A stretch of DNA of 64,000 nt from Mycobacteriales bacterium (GCA_036268295.1 DATAUK010000047.1:106784-170783), one strand, 5' to 3'. Counted from the first letter of the stretch, positions 29,788 to 39,673 are shown. Numbers and translations are program-made. The notes: generated from the letters alone by a model not told the origin.

Positions 29788-31665
29788 GTGGTTGTCGACG
29801 TCAGCGTGGTCATCCCGTTCTACAACCCGGGTGCCGACATCGACGACTGCATCGCCTCGCTGCTCGCCCAGACCCTCGCCCCGGACCGCTTCGAGGTGCT
29901 GCTGATCGACGACGGCAGCACGGACGGCAGCGCTCAACGGGTCGACGACCACGTCGCGCACCATCCCGGCCTGCTGCGGGTCGAGCACATCGCGGCGAGT
30001 GGTGGGCCGGCGAGGCCGCGAAACGTCGGCATCGATGCGGCCGGCGGTCGCTACATCCAGTTCGTCGACAGCGACGACCTGCTTGCCCGAGAGGCGCTCG
30101 AGCGATTGCTCGATATTGCCGACGGGTCGGCCGCCGACATCGTTGTCAGCAAGATCAGTGGCGGCGGGCCGCGGGGGGTTCACCATCAGCTGTTCAGACA
30201 GACGCGGCAGCGGCTGACGCTCGACGAGATGCCGACCCTCGTGCGCAACCTCACGGTGTGCAAGATGTTCCGGCGCTCGTTTCTCAACGCCAATCGGATC
30301 CGGTTTCCAGAAGGCGCTGCGTCCGTCGAGGATCAAAACGTATGTCTGCGGGCGTACGCGAATGCGGGCTCAATCGCCCTCGTGTCCGATCTCGTCTACT
30401 ACTTCTACCGGCGCCGTCGCGGCACCGGCGCCCACTTCGGAGACACGCCTGTTGCGCCGAACGAGTACCGGCGAGAGCTCGATGAGCTCTTCGATATCGT
30501 CGAGACCGAGCTCGCCTCGCCATCGACCCGGTCGGTCGCGGCCGGTCGTCACTACGGCAACGAGATCCTCGGCCGACTCCGCGGGCCGTTGATGCTCAGG
30601 TACGACGATGCCTATCGGCGTGAGCTCGTCGCCGTACTCCGCGACGTTGCCGTCCGGCGCATCGCACCCGATGTCCTTGTCGCGCTGCCCGCGATGCAGC
30701 AGGTCGAGTCGAGCCTGCTGCTCGCGGGCGACGTCGACGGTCTGCATCGGCTCGCCGAACAGGTTGGCGAGCTCCGCCTGCTGGCGACGACGACATCCGC
30801 CTCATGGCAGAACGGGCGTCTCGTCGTCATCGTTGACGCGCAGCTGGAGCACGAAGGAAAGGTGCTGCGCCTGGAGGCTGCCGGCGGCGGCTGGGCATTG
30901 CCGGAGGTGCTCGCACCCGGCGTCGACCGGGAGGTGCGCCGGCTGACTGACATCGATGAGCAACTGCTGGATCTCGACCTGGCCGTGATCGGACGGAGCG
31001 ACGGGGCATTGTGGTCCACGACCCACGGTCTCGAGATGCGAATCGGCACCGACGGCGAGGTGCATTTCGGCGGCGAGGTGCATCTCGATGTCCGTACGGT
31101 CATGGGCGGCAACCGCCTGAGCAGCGGGATCTGGGACCTCCGGCTACGCCTGCACTTCGCCGGCTTCAGCCGCTCGGCGAAGCTCGATGCGACCCGCGAT
31201 CCGCCGGATGCCACCACGACCTGGCTGGACTCGACCGGCTTCACCGCGCTGTCGGTGACGCCCTTCTGGACCGAGGGGTCACCTGCGCTCAGCCTCGACG
31301 TCGACGAGTCGGCCCATCCGCTTCAGGATCGGGTCGGCGATGGCATCCCGGCGCTGGATCACGCCCGGGTCCTGGTGATCCCGACCGCCCGGATCGTCGG
31401 CACCGAGACCTCGACCGCAGCGGGCCGGCTCTCATTCGTCCCACTCGACCAGCCATCGCTCGGCACCCGGCACTGCCCGGCGGAGCTGGTCTGCCGGGCG
31501 CCGGGCGCCGCGGTGCGCGCCACGGTCCCGGCATTGGGCTCACGGTCGGGCCGTTGGGCGGTGTGGCTGCGGCTCGGCGAGCCCGGTCAGGTCACGCCGC
31601 GACGGCTGCCGTTCGAGCTGGTGCAGAATCGGCTCGGCCGGCTCAGCATCGAGTCCGCGAGTTGA
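29788..31665 (+). CDS. family-2 glycosyltransferase with about 400-aa C-terminal extension
   Basis: VVIPFYNPG, LLIDDGSTDGS, FVDSDD motifs. Long non-catalytic C-terminus. GTG start. Confidence 0.85.
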   Translation: MVVDVSVVIPFYNPGADIDDCIASLLAQTLAPDRFEVLLIDDGSTDGSAQRVDDHVAHHPGLLRVEHIAASGGPARPRNVGIDAAGGRYIQFVDSDDLLAREALERLLDIADGSAADIVVSKISGGGPRGVHHQLFRQTRQRLTLDEMPTLVRNLTVCKMFRRSFLNANRIRFPEGAASVEDQNVCLRAYANAGSIALVSDLVYYFYRRRRGTGAHFGDTPVAPNEYRRELDELFDIVETELASPSTRSVAAGRHYGNEILGRLRGPLMLRYDDAYRRELVAVLRDVAVRRIAPDVLVALPAMQQVESSLLLAGDVDGLHRLAEQVGELRLLATTTSASWQNGRLVVIVDAQLEHEGKVLRLEAAGGGWALPEVLAPGVDREVRRLTDIDEQLLDLDLAVIGRSDGALWSTTHGLEMRIGTDGEVHFGGEVHLDVRTVMGGNRLSSGIWDLRLRLHFAGFSRSAKLDATRDPPDATTTWLDSTGFTALSVTPFWTEGSPALSLDVDESAHPLQDRVGDGIPALDHARVLVIPTARIVGTETSTAAGRLSFVPLDQPSLGTRHCPAELVCRAPGAAVRATVPALGSRSGRWAVWLRLGEPGQVTPRRLPFELVQNRLGRLSIESAS

Positions 31666-31666
31666 C

Positions 31667-31698
31667 GGTGACACGCCGTCGACCGACGGCGTATCACC
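31667..31698. terminator. bidirectional hairpin between convergent GT2 and ArsR genes
   Basis: 14-bp stem 31667-31680 / 31685-31698 (GGTGACACGCCGTC ... GACGGCGTATCACC, one mismatch) with a 4-nt loop. It sits exactly between the two stop codons. Confidence 0.5.
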
Positions 31699-31699
31699 A

Positions 31700-32062
31700 T
31701 CAACTCGCGTGGGGTGTGGCCGCGCCGGGCGCGATTTCGCCGGCGTGGGCAACAGCGTCGCGGGCGACGTGCGCCACATGGTCGTCCGCGAGCCGGTAGA
31801 CGATCTCGCGACCACGGCGGGTGGTCGCAACCAGCCCGGCGCTCTTGAGCACTTTGAGATGCTGCGACACCAGCGGCTGCGGCGCGTCGAGCGCACTCAC
31901 CAGCTCATGAACGCACCGCGGCCCGTCGGAGAGCAGATCGACGAGCGCCAGCCGGAGCGGCGCCACGAGCGCCTTGAGCAGCGCCGCGGCCGCGTCGTAC
32001 GACGCCGGATCGACTCGGCGAATCGCAGGTTCCCCCGCCTCGCCGGGCTCATGCTCAGTCAT
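31700..32062 (-). CDS. ArsR/SmtB-family transcriptional regulator
   Basis: wHTH motif CVHELVSALDAPQPLVSQHLKVLKSAGLV. The start is at 32062, or alternatively at 32080. Confidence 0.85.
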   Translation of the reverse strand: MTEHEPGEAGEPAIRRVDPASYDAAAALLKALVAPLRLALVDLLSDGPRCVHELVSALDAPQPLVSQHLKVLKSAGLVATTRRGREIVYRLADDHVAHVARDAVAHAGEIAPGAATPHAS

Positions 32063-32309
32063 GTTGCGCGCCACGCACACCCGGGACAGTACGTGAAAGG
32101 CTGCCGCGATGGCCGAAAGCTACCTACTTCCTCACCGGCAGCGGGCGGACTTCGCCGCGACGACGAGGCCGCCGCTCATGCCATCATGGCGGCCGACCCG
32201 GCTGATCATCAGCGGCTTCGCCGCCGACGAGCTGCGACCGTTTCGAGTTTCACGGTTGCGAGGCCGGGACTGAGTCCACTGCAGTTCTGAACCAACGAGA
32301 GGACGGGCA

Positions 32310-33395
32310 ATGTCCAGCGAAGTGCAGGGCGTCATCGCGAGGAGCAAGGGCGCTCCGGTCGAGGTCACGACGATCGTCGTCCCGGACCCCGGCCCGGGTG
32401 AGGCACTCGTCGAGGTCCAGGCGTGCGGTGTCTGCCACACCGACCTGCACTACCGCGAAGGTGGCATCAACGACGACTTCCCGTTCCTCCTCGGCCATGA
32501 GGCGGCCGGCGTCGTGTCGGCGGTCGGTGAGGGTGTCACTGATGTGGCGCCAGGCGAGTTCGTGATCCTCAACTGGCGGGCGGTCTGCGGCCACTGCCGC
32601 GCCTGCTCACGCGGGGAGCCGTGGTACTGCTTCTCGACCCACAACGCGACCCAGCGGATGACTCTCGCCGACGGCACGTCGCTCTCGCCGGCGCTCGGCA
32701 TCGGAGCATTCGCCGCGAAGACCCTGGTCGCTGCCGGCCAGTGCACGAAGGTCAACCCGGCGGTGCTCCCCCAGGTGGCGGGCCTGCTCGGCTGCGGAGT
32801 CATGGCCGGCCTCGGCGCGGCCCTCAACACCGCAGCGGTACGCCGCGGCGAGACCGTAGCCGTTATCGGCTGCGGCGGCGTCGGCGACGCCGCGATCCTC
32901 GGTGCCTCGGTTGCCGGCGCCCGCACCGTCATCGCCATCGACGTGGATGACCGCAAGCTCGAGTGGGCCCGCGGCTTCGGTGCGACCCACACCGTCAACT
33001 CCCGCGAGACCGATCTGGTCGAGAGCGTTCAGGCGCTCACCGAGGGCAACGGTGCCGACGTCGTCATCGATGCCGTCGCGCGGCCCGAGACGTACTCGGC
33101 GGCGTTCTACGCCCGCGACCTCGCTGGCCGCGTCGTCCTTGTCGGCGTACCCACGCCCGACATGAAGGTCGAGCTGCCGCTGATCGACATCTTCGGCCGC
33201 GGCGGCACGTTGAAGTCGTCCTGGTACGGCGACTGCCTGCCGAGCCGCGACTTCCCGATGCTCGTCGACATGCACCTATCTGGCCGGCTACCGCTGGAGA
33301 AGTTCGTGTCCGAGACGATCGGCATCAACGACGTCGAGGCCGCGTTCGACAAGATGCACCACGGCAAGGTCCTCCGCTCGGTCGTCGTCTTCTAG
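32310..33395 (+). CDS. mscR: S-(hydroxymethyl)mycothiol dehydrogenase-like class-III Zn alcohol dehydrogenase
   Basis: 361 aa. Motifs: [17 protein letters not shown], structural-Zn Cys cluster [21 protein letters not shown]. Confidence 0.8.
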   Translation: MSSEVQGVIARSKGAPVEVTTIVVPDPGPGEALVEVQACGVCHTDLHYREGGINDDFPFLLGHEAAGVVSAVGEGVTDVAPGEFVILNWRAVCGHCRACSRGEPWYCFSTHNATQRMTLADGTSLSPALGIGAFAAKTLVAAGQCTKVNPAVLPQVAGLLGCGVMAGLGAALNTAAVRRGETVAVIGCGGVGDAAILGASVAGARTVIAIDVDDRKLEWARGFGATHTVNSRETDLVESVQALTEGNGADVVIDAVARPETYSAAFYARDLAGRVVLVGVPTPDMKVELPLIDIFGRGGTLKSSWYGDCLPSRDFPMLVDMHLSGRLPLEKFVSETIGINDVEAAFDKMHHGKVLRSVVVF

Positions 33396-33414
33396 CCAGA
33401 TATTCGGTCAACGC

Positions 33415-34452
33415 ATGGGCTCGCCGGTTGCCGGGGTAGCGCATCACGACGTCCGTGACTCGCAGGCACTGGCGCGGTTCGAGCTATTCCTCGGGACCGC
33501 GGTAGCGACCGTCCTCGTCGTCAGATCGGCGCTCGCGGCGACCGGCTATCCGCAGGTCGGCGGCAACGGGCTGCACGTCGCCCACGTGCTCTACGGCGGG
33601 CTGCTGATGGGTGTCGCGATCGCGATCGTCGAGATCGTGCCCGGCACCAGGGCGAGGCGCTATGCCGCCTTCATCGGCGGGATCGGGTTCGGGCTGTTCA
33701 TCGACGAGGTCGGCAAGTTCCTGACCAAGGACGTCAACTACTTCTTTCGGCCGGCGGTCGCGATCATCTACGCCGTCTTCGTCATCTTCTACGTCGCCGT
33801 CCGCGAACTCGTGCTTCGACGGCCCCTGACGGCGCGACGCCGAGTCGCGATCGCTGCGGTTGCGGCAGGCGACCTCGCCCTCGGCCAGCTCGACAGCGCT
33901 GGTCAGGCGCATGCGCTGGAAATGCTCGATGGCCTCGAGGCAACGCCGCTCGCCACCGCGATCCGCGGCTGCCTGACCAATGACGACAGCGGCCAGATCC
34001 GGGCGCAGACCCCGCTGACCCGACTGCGTGAGCGCGCGCTGTCGGCGGCAAAAGTCGCTGTCGAGCATCCGGCCTTCGTGCCCGGCCTGAAGGTGCTGTT
34101 CGGGTTGCAGGTCCTCGGCATGGTCGGTCAGCTGCTGCTCGTGGTCCTCCGCCCCGACATCGGCCTCGGCAAGGGCTCGGATGTGACCGATCTCGGCACC
34201 GAGGTCTCGACCGCGGTCTCGGCGGCGTACGCGCTGTGGGGCGGCATCCTGATGCAACGCGGCGATGTGCCAGGTGCGCTCCGGGTGCTGTACCGATCGG
34301 CGCTGGTCACCCTGCTGTTCACCCAGGTCTTCGTCTTTGTGCGCTACCAGTGGAGCGGCCTGCTCGGCTTCGCGGCCCAGGCCGTCATTCTGGGTGCCCT
34401 TCGCCTCGCGATGCACGCCAGCCCGCACCGGGTCGGACCTGGCAGCAAGTGA
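33415..34452 (+). CDS. integral membrane protein, unknown function
   Basis: 345 aa with multiple TM helices (HVAHVLYGGLLMGVAIAIV, GFGLFIDEVGKF). No family recognised. Confidence 0.6.
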   Translation: MGSPVAGVAHHDVRDSQALARFELFLGTAVATVLVVRSALAATGYPQVGGNGLHVAHVLYGGLLMGVAIAIVEIVPGTRARRYAAFIGGIGFGLFIDEVGKFLTKDVNYFFRPAVAIIYAVFVIFYVAVRELVLRRPLTARRRVAIAAVAAGDLALGQLDSAGQAHALEMLDGLEATPLATAIRGCLTNDDSGQIRAQTPLTRLRERALSAAKVAVEHPAFVPGLKVLFGLQVLGMVGQLLLVVLRPDIGLGKGSDVTDLGTEVSTAVSAAYALWGGILMQRGDVPGALRVLYRSALVTLLFTQVFVFVRYQWSGLLGFAAQAVILGALRLAMHASPHRVGPGSK

Positions 34453-34552
34453 GCGCAACGGTCACGATCCAGTCACGTTCCGTGCGGTGACGGCCCCACT
34501 CGTGCCAGGGTCGGTAGCGCAGGACAGGGGCGCACGACGAGGAAGGGCGGCA

Positions 34553-37261
34553 ATGCGGACTCGACGGCGGTTTGTCGTCGTGCTGCGCCTGCTGGGTCGC
34601 GGGGTGTCCCATCGCCGCGGGATCGCCGCCCTGATCCTGCTGGTGGCGGTAATCGCAAGCGCGTCCGCCGCGGTTGCGCCGGTCTACCGCTCGAGCGCGG
34701 CGGTGTCAGCGCTGCGCTCGCGGATGGTCACTGCCAGTCCCGATGAGACCGGCGTTGAAGTCTCGGGCGCGGCGTGGCCAGGCGACTCCCCCGATGTCAC
34801 GCTCGGCAAGGAGGTCCCACGACTGCCACTGTCGAGCGCGGCGATCCCCGGTCTGGCGGTCGGCGGACCGACCACGCAACTCGAAAGCCACGACGGGCCG
34901 GTGGAGTTCGCCGCGCTGGTGTGGCGCCAGAACGACTGCCGGCACGTCGTTTTCACCGCCGGCCAGTGCCCCAGCGGTCCCCACGACATCGCGCTGCCGG
35001 CCGATGCGGCACAGGACCTCAAGGTCGCCCTCGGCGGCTCGGTGGTTGCCTCGAACCTGGCCCGGCCGCTGTTCCCGCCCACGCTCACCATCACCAACCA
35101 CGTCGCGGTCGGCAAGCAGCTGAACCCGAACGCGACCCAAGCGTTCCAGCTGAACGACAAGGTGGTCGGTATCTTCGAGGTGCCGCCGAGCCAGTCGACA
35201 TACTGGTTCGGCGCCGATCCTGGCGCCGCCGTCGTGAGCCCCGACGGCACCCAGGTCACGACGGTCACCGCGCTGGTGCCGCGTACGACGCTGACCGGGC
35301 TGCCACTCCCATACCGCGCAACCGTGACGATCGACCAGCCGCTCGACTGGAGCAACGCAACCCCCGCGCAGGCGAAACAGGTGCTGCGTGATGTGAACTC
35401 GCTGCGCGCCAGCCTGCCGTCGAACCTCTTGGCCTTCACGAGCATTCCGTCGTTGCTGCGCGAAGACTCGGCCGACCGGGTCAGGCTCAACCGCTTGGTG
35501 ACGCTCGCGCAGCTCCAGCTTCTCCTGTTGGTCGGCCTGGTCCTGATCGCGGTGCTGGCGTCGAGCATGGAGCGGCGACGGCCCGAGCTCGTCATCGCGA
35601 CATTGCAGGGCCGCCATCCCCGATCGACCGCGCTGTCCATTGCCGCCGAGCCGGTGCTGTTGCTCGCGCTCGGCATCGTGCCCGGGCTGCTGGTCTCGAT
35701 CCCGCTTGCCAAGCTCGCCTCCCACCTCTGGCTTCGGCCCGGCTCACCCGTCCACCTGACCGCCGGCTCGCTGTTCGGCGCGCTGCTGGTGACGGCGATC
35801 GCGGCGGTGGTCACCGTCGGCATCGGGTACGTCGCCGCCTCACGCAAACTCTCCGACCAGCTCACCGAGGACGCCCGCTCGGCGGGGGGGCGCAGCGGCG
35901 CATGGATCGACCTGATCGCGATCACACTGGCCGCCGCCGGCCTGATCGAGCTGTTCAGCACGAAGTCCAACTCTTCGTCGTCATCGACACCCTGGTCGTT
36001 GCTCGCGCCTTCGCTGTGCGGGCTTGCAGCCGGCATCGGCCTTGGACGCCTGGTGCCGGCGTCGTTGCGCCCGCTGCTGCGAAGCACCGCGGAGTCGGCC
36101 AAACTCGGCCGATTCCTCGCGATCCGTGAGCTGCGGCGAGACCGCGCGGCATGGCGGGTCTCTGCGATGGTCGCGCTGGCGCTGAGCCTCCTGACGTTCG
36201 CGGTCACGATCAACCGTGGCGCATCCGCCGATCGCGTCGATCGCGCCGGCCTGATCGTCGGCGCTTCTCGAGTCGCCATCGTGCAGCTCCCGCCGGGTGA
36301 CTCGCTGATGCAGGAGGTCGACAAAGCTGACCCGAAGGGCCAGTGGGCAATGGCCGGCGTGCTGCTCGACACGCTCGGGTCGGACGCGCAGCGCACCCTC
36401 GCCGTCGACACCACCCGGCTGGCCGCCGTCGCGGGTTGGACCCGGCCGATCGATGGCCTCAACCCGACCGGCATCAAACACCTGCTCCACGTCAAACCAG
36501 CCGTCGCCCGACTAGCGGTTCCGCTGCTGACCGCCGGGGATGTCGGTGGCTCCACGTTCGGGCTCAACAACCAACCGCTTACCCGCTCGAAAGTCACCCA
36601 GACCAGCCTGCTGCCCCAACTGCTCAATGCCGGCGCGCTCGCCGACCTCAGCTCGATGATCGCGGTGGCTAAGCCGGTGTCGCCGGCAGATCTGGGCACC
36701 ACTCAGCTGTTCAACCAGGTCTGGCTCGGCCCACGGGCCCCGCCGGACGCGTTGACGCGATTGAAGGCGGCCGGTCTCACCGTCGTCGCCGTGACCAGCC
36801 GCGCTCAGGTCGCGCAGGGCCTCGAGCGACTGGCCGAGACCGCCGGGCTGTCCGGCTATCTCGCCGTCGCGGTCATCGCGGCAATCCTCGCGATCGCGTT
36901 GCTGATCGGCACCAGCGCGGCAGGCGCGAGCCGGCTTCGGACCGAGACGCTCGCTCTGACCTCGGCGGGGGTGTCGCGGTCCACCGTCGTACGCGGCCGA
37001 GCCGAGGCTGCAGCGGTCAGGCTCGGACTGGTCGGCATCGTGGCGTTCGCGAGCGGGATCGTGACCGCCCACCTGTCGGTCGCGCTGATCCCGGAGGCAT
37101 CACCGGGCGCGGTCCCCGCGCCGAAACTGCCGCTGCCCCTGGGACCGGGTCTGATCGCGGTCATCATCACAGTGGTCCCGGCACTGATCGCCGAGGTCGC
37201 CATCGCGTCGTACGCCGCAAAGCGCACCGACGCAGCCAGCCTTCGGGCGGCGATGCCATGA
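34553..37261 (+). CDS. large ABC transporter permease with two FtsX-type modules (MacB/FtsX family)
   Basis: Start trimmed to the ATG at 34553, preceded by GGAAGGG. 902 aa with TM bundles separated by large extracytoplasmic regions. The C-terminal FtsX-like helices end at ...AAKRTDAASLRAAMP. Confidence 0.8.
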   Translation: MRTRRRFVVVLRLLGRGVSHRRGIAALILLVAVIASASAAVAPVYRSSAAVSALRSRMVTASPDETGVEVSGAAWPGDSPDVTLGKEVPRLPLSSAAIPGLAVGGPTTQLESHDGPVEFAALVWRQNDCRHVVFTAGQCPSGPHDIALPADAAQDLKVALGGSVVASNLARPLFPPTLTITNHVAVGKQLNPNATQAFQLNDKVVGIFEVPPSQSTYWFGADPGAAVVSPDGTQVTTVTALVPRTTLTGLPLPYRATVTIDQPLDWSNATPAQAKQVLRDVNSLRASLPSNLLAFTSIPSLLREDSADRVRLNRLVTLAQLQLLLLVGLVLIAVLASSMERRRPELVIATLQGRHPRSTALSIAAEPVLLLALGIVPGLLVSIPLAKLASHLWLRPGSPVHLTAGSLFGALLVTAIAAVVTVGIGYVAASRKLSDQLTEDARSAGGRSGAWIDLIAITLAAAGLIELFSTKSNSSSSSTPWSLLAPSLCGLAAGIGLGRLVPASLRPLLRSTAESAKLGRFLAIRELRRDRAAWRVSAMVALALSLLTFAVTINRGASADRVDRAGLIVGASRVAIVQLPPGDSLMQEVDKADPKGQWAMAGVLLDTLGSDAQRTLAVDTTRLAAVAGWTRPIDGLNPTGIKHLLHVKPAVARLAVPLLTAGDVGGSTFGLNNQPLTRSKVTQTSLLPQLLNAGALADLSSMIAVAKPVSPADLGTTQLFNQVWLGPRAPPDALTRLKAAGLTVVAVTSRAQVAQGLERLAETAGLSGYLAVAVIAAILAIALLIGTSAAGASRLRTETLALTSAGVSRSTVVRGRAEAAAVRLGLVGIVAFASGIVTAHLSVALIPEASPGAVPAPKLPLPLGPGLIAVIITVVPALIAEVAIASYAAKRTDAASLRAAMP

Positions 37262-38151
37262 CCGAGGACCGCGGCGATGCATCCGATGGCGAGGCATCGA
37301 TGAGCGAGGTCTATGAGATGGAAGGCGGCGCGGTCACCGAAGGCCGCGGCGTGACGGTGGTCTGCGAGCGGATCACCCACCTTTACCAGGCCGGCGATGA
37401 ACAGGTCGTCGCCCTTCGAGACGTCGATCTGACCATTCCGGCCGGCAGCTCGATCGCGCTCCTCGGCCCTTCCGGATGTGGCAAGTCGACCTTGATGAGC
37501 CTGTTGGCCGGTTTGCAGCGGCCCTCGACCGGCCGGCTGTTCATCAACGACGAGGACGTCACGGGCGACCCGCTGGCCGGCCGCCGACTGCGGGCAACCA
37601 CGGTGGCGCTCTTGCTACAGGAGCCGGCCCGCGCGCTGCTGCCCTATGCCAGCCCACGCCTCGCACTGGAGAACGCCGGTGACCGCAATCCCGGCCCGAC
37701 GTTGGAAAGCTTCGCGCTCAGCGAGGTCGCCGACCGGCCCACCCGGCTACTCTCCGCCGGGCAGCAGCAGCGGCTTGCTCTCGCGATCGTGATGGCGCGA
37801 ACGCCGGGGCTGCTGCTGGTTGACGAGCCGACCAGCCGGCTCGATCCCTCTGAACGCGACGTTGTAATTACCACCCTGCATACCGCGGCCCGCCGCGCCG
37901 GCTCGACCTTGGTCGTCGTCACCCACGACCCAGCGGTGGCCGATACGTTCGAACGCACGCTGTCGATGCGTGACGGCCGAGTCGGAGCCGAAGGTCGCGA
38001 CGGCACCCAACTGGCGGTCGTCGGCGCGGACGGCTCGATTGCGCTGTCGGGTGAAGCGCTGGAGATGCTGCCACCGGGCCGGTTCGCCACCGTCGAGATC
38101 ACTGCTGAGGGCATCCTGCTCCGGCCTTACCACGAGGACGAGAGCCCATGA
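37258..38151 (+). CDS. ABC transporter ATP-binding protein (NBD 1, N-terminal acidic extension)
   Basis: Walker A GPSGCGKST, signature LSAGQQQRLALA, Walker B LLLVDEPTSRLD. ATGA overlap with the permease gene. Confidence 0.85.
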   Translation: MTEDRGDASDGEASMSEVYEMEGGAVTEGRGVTVVCERITHLYQAGDEQVVALRDVDLTIPAGSSIALLGPSGCGKSTLMSLLAGLQRPSTGRLFINDEDVTGDPLAGRRLRATTVALLLQEPARALLPYASPRLALENAGDRNPGPTLESFALSEVADRPTRLLSAGQQQRLALAIVMARTPGLLLVDEPTSRLDPSERDVVITTLHTAARRAGSTLVVVTHDPAVADTFERTLSMRDGRVGAEGRDGTQLAVVGADGSIALSGEALEMLPPGRFATVEITAEGILLRPYHEDESP

Positions 38152-38843
38152 CCCTCAAGTGCACCGGGCTGCACGTCACGGTCGGCGACCGGACCCTGTT
38201 GTCACCCACCGACATCGAGCTGTCACCCGGCACGACCCTCGCCGTGGTCGGACCGAGCGGTGCCGGCAAGACCTCGGTGCTGACCGTCCTCGCCGGTCTG
38301 GTCTCGGCTACCGGAGGCACGGTCACGATCAACGGCGACGACGTACGTCGGGTCAACCGGGCGCAGATCGGCGTCGTCACCGAGCCGGTTCTGCTTGCCT
38401 CGACGCTGACGGTCGCCGAGAACATCGGCATCCCGCTTCAAGCGACCGGCTGGCAGCCGGCCGAGGTCCGCGAACGGGTGTCGGGGCTGCTCGAGGAGCT
38501 GTCGCTGGTAGGCATCGCCGACCGCGAGTCGACTCGGCTCTCGGGTGGGCAGCGCCAGCGGGTTGCCGTCGCCCGCGCCGTCGCCCCGAGTCCGCCGCTG
38601 ATCGTCGCGGACGAGCCGACCAGCGAGCTCGACCACGACAGCCGGGAACGGGTGATCGGCGTGCTGCAGCGCGCCACCCAGTCCGGAAGCATCGTTGTGC
38701 TCTCCACCCACGACGATGCCGTTGCCGAGACCTGCGACCAGATCATCCGGCTAGGTACGATCGCGCACTCCGAGCCGGACCGTCCTGACGACCCGGACGA
38801 CCCGGACGACCCGGACGACAGCGCCTATCGCCCGAGGTCATGA
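38148..38843 (+). CDS. ABC transporter ATP-binding protein (NBD 2, acidic DDP-repeat tail)
   Basis: Walker A GPSGAGKTS, signature LSGGQRQRVAVA, Walker B LIVADEPTSELD. 4-nt overlaps on both sides. Confidence 0.9.
   Translation: MTLKCTGLHVTVGDRTLLSPTDIELSPGTTLAVVGPSGAGKTSVLTVLAGLVSATGGTVTINGDDVRRVNRAQIGVVTEPVLLASTLTVAENIGIPLQATGWQPAEVRERVSGLLEELSLVGIADRESTRLSGGQRQRVAVARAVAPSPPLIVADEPTSELDHDSRERVIGVLQRATQSGSIVVLSTHDDAVAETCDQIIRLGTIAHSEPDRPDDPDDPDDPDDSAYRPRS
38778..38819 (+). repeat. 9-bp in-frame tandem repeat (GACGACCCG x about 3.7, plus one degenerate copy)
   Basis: gaccgtcct gacgacccg gacgacccg gacgacccg gacgac encodes DRPDDPDDPDDPDD at the C-terminus of NBD 2. Confidence 0.85.
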
Positions 38844-39664
38844 GAGCAACGGCGCGCATGCTCGTTCTGGCGGCTGCCGCCGCTGTGGCGATGCTCGCAC
38901 CGGCACCCGCGACCGGCCTCGCTGCTCGCCGGCACGTGAAGCTGCCGCCGGCGGACGGCAGGTTCGACTACCAGATCGGCGGAGCTTACAGACCGTTGCC
39001 GTCGGTGAAGATCGTCGACCGCGACCGCACGTCACACCCGGCGCCGGGCGTCTACAACATCTGCTACATCAACGCGTTCCAGACCCAGGCCTACCAGGAT
39101 CAGTGGTGGGACAAGCACCACCCGCGGCTACTGCTGCGCGATGCGAACGGCAAGCTGATCGAAGATCCCGGCTGGCCGGGTGAGGTCATTCTGAACACCT
39201 CCACCGCCGCCGACCGCGCGGAGCTGGCCGCGGTCGAGGACCGCTGGCTCGATGGCTGCAAGGCAAAGGGATTTCAAGGCGTCGAGCCGGACAACCTCGA
39301 CTCCAACACCCGCTCTCACCACCTGCTGACGCAAGCCGACGACTTTGCATTCGCCGCTGTCCTCATCGGTCACGCCCACGCCGACGATCTGGCGATCGCC
39401 CAGAAGAACTCGGCCGAGCATGCCGCGAAGGGTGCCAAGCTGGGGTTCGACTTCGCGATCGCCGAGGAGTGCGGCGTCTTCCACGAGTGCGGCCACTACC
39501 TCAAGGCGTACGGCGACGAGGTCTACGAGATCGAATACAGCGACAACGGACAGGCCGCCTACCGCGCAGCATGTCGGGCTCGCGGCCGTCAGATCTCGAT
39601 CATCCTGCGTGATCGCAACGTCAGCCTGCGCGGCTCCAAGCAATACGTCTACCAGGCCTGCTAG
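38840..39664 (+). CDS. secreted endo-alpha-1,4-polygalactosaminidase-like glycoside hydrolase (GH114)
   Basis: Signal peptide, then FDYQIGGAY, ICYINAFQTQ, GVEPDNLDS and FAIAEEC motifs, which I associate with GH114. ATGA overlap with the upstream ATPase gene. Confidence 0.75.
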   Translation: MRATARMLVLAAAAAVAMLAPAPATGLAARRHVKLPPADGRFDYQIGGAYRPLPSVKIVDRDRTSHPAPGVYNICYINAFQTQAYQDQWWDKHHPRLLLRDANGKLIEDPGWPGEVILNTSTAADRAELAAVEDRWLDGCKAKGFQGVEPDNLDSNTRSHHLLTQADDFAFAAVLIGHAHADDLAIAQKNSAEHAAKGAKLGFDFAIAEECGVFHECGHYLKAYGDEVYEIEYSDNGQAAYRAACRARGRQISIILRDRNVSLRGSKQYVYQAC

Positions 39665-39673
39665 TTCGTAGTC

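Noticed and set aside
34684-36702. 672-aa ORF antisense to the FtsX permease (and 34706-35725)
   Set aside because: Ser/Ala/Arg-rich with no motifs. The sense strand has TM/FtsX architecture and operon coupling.
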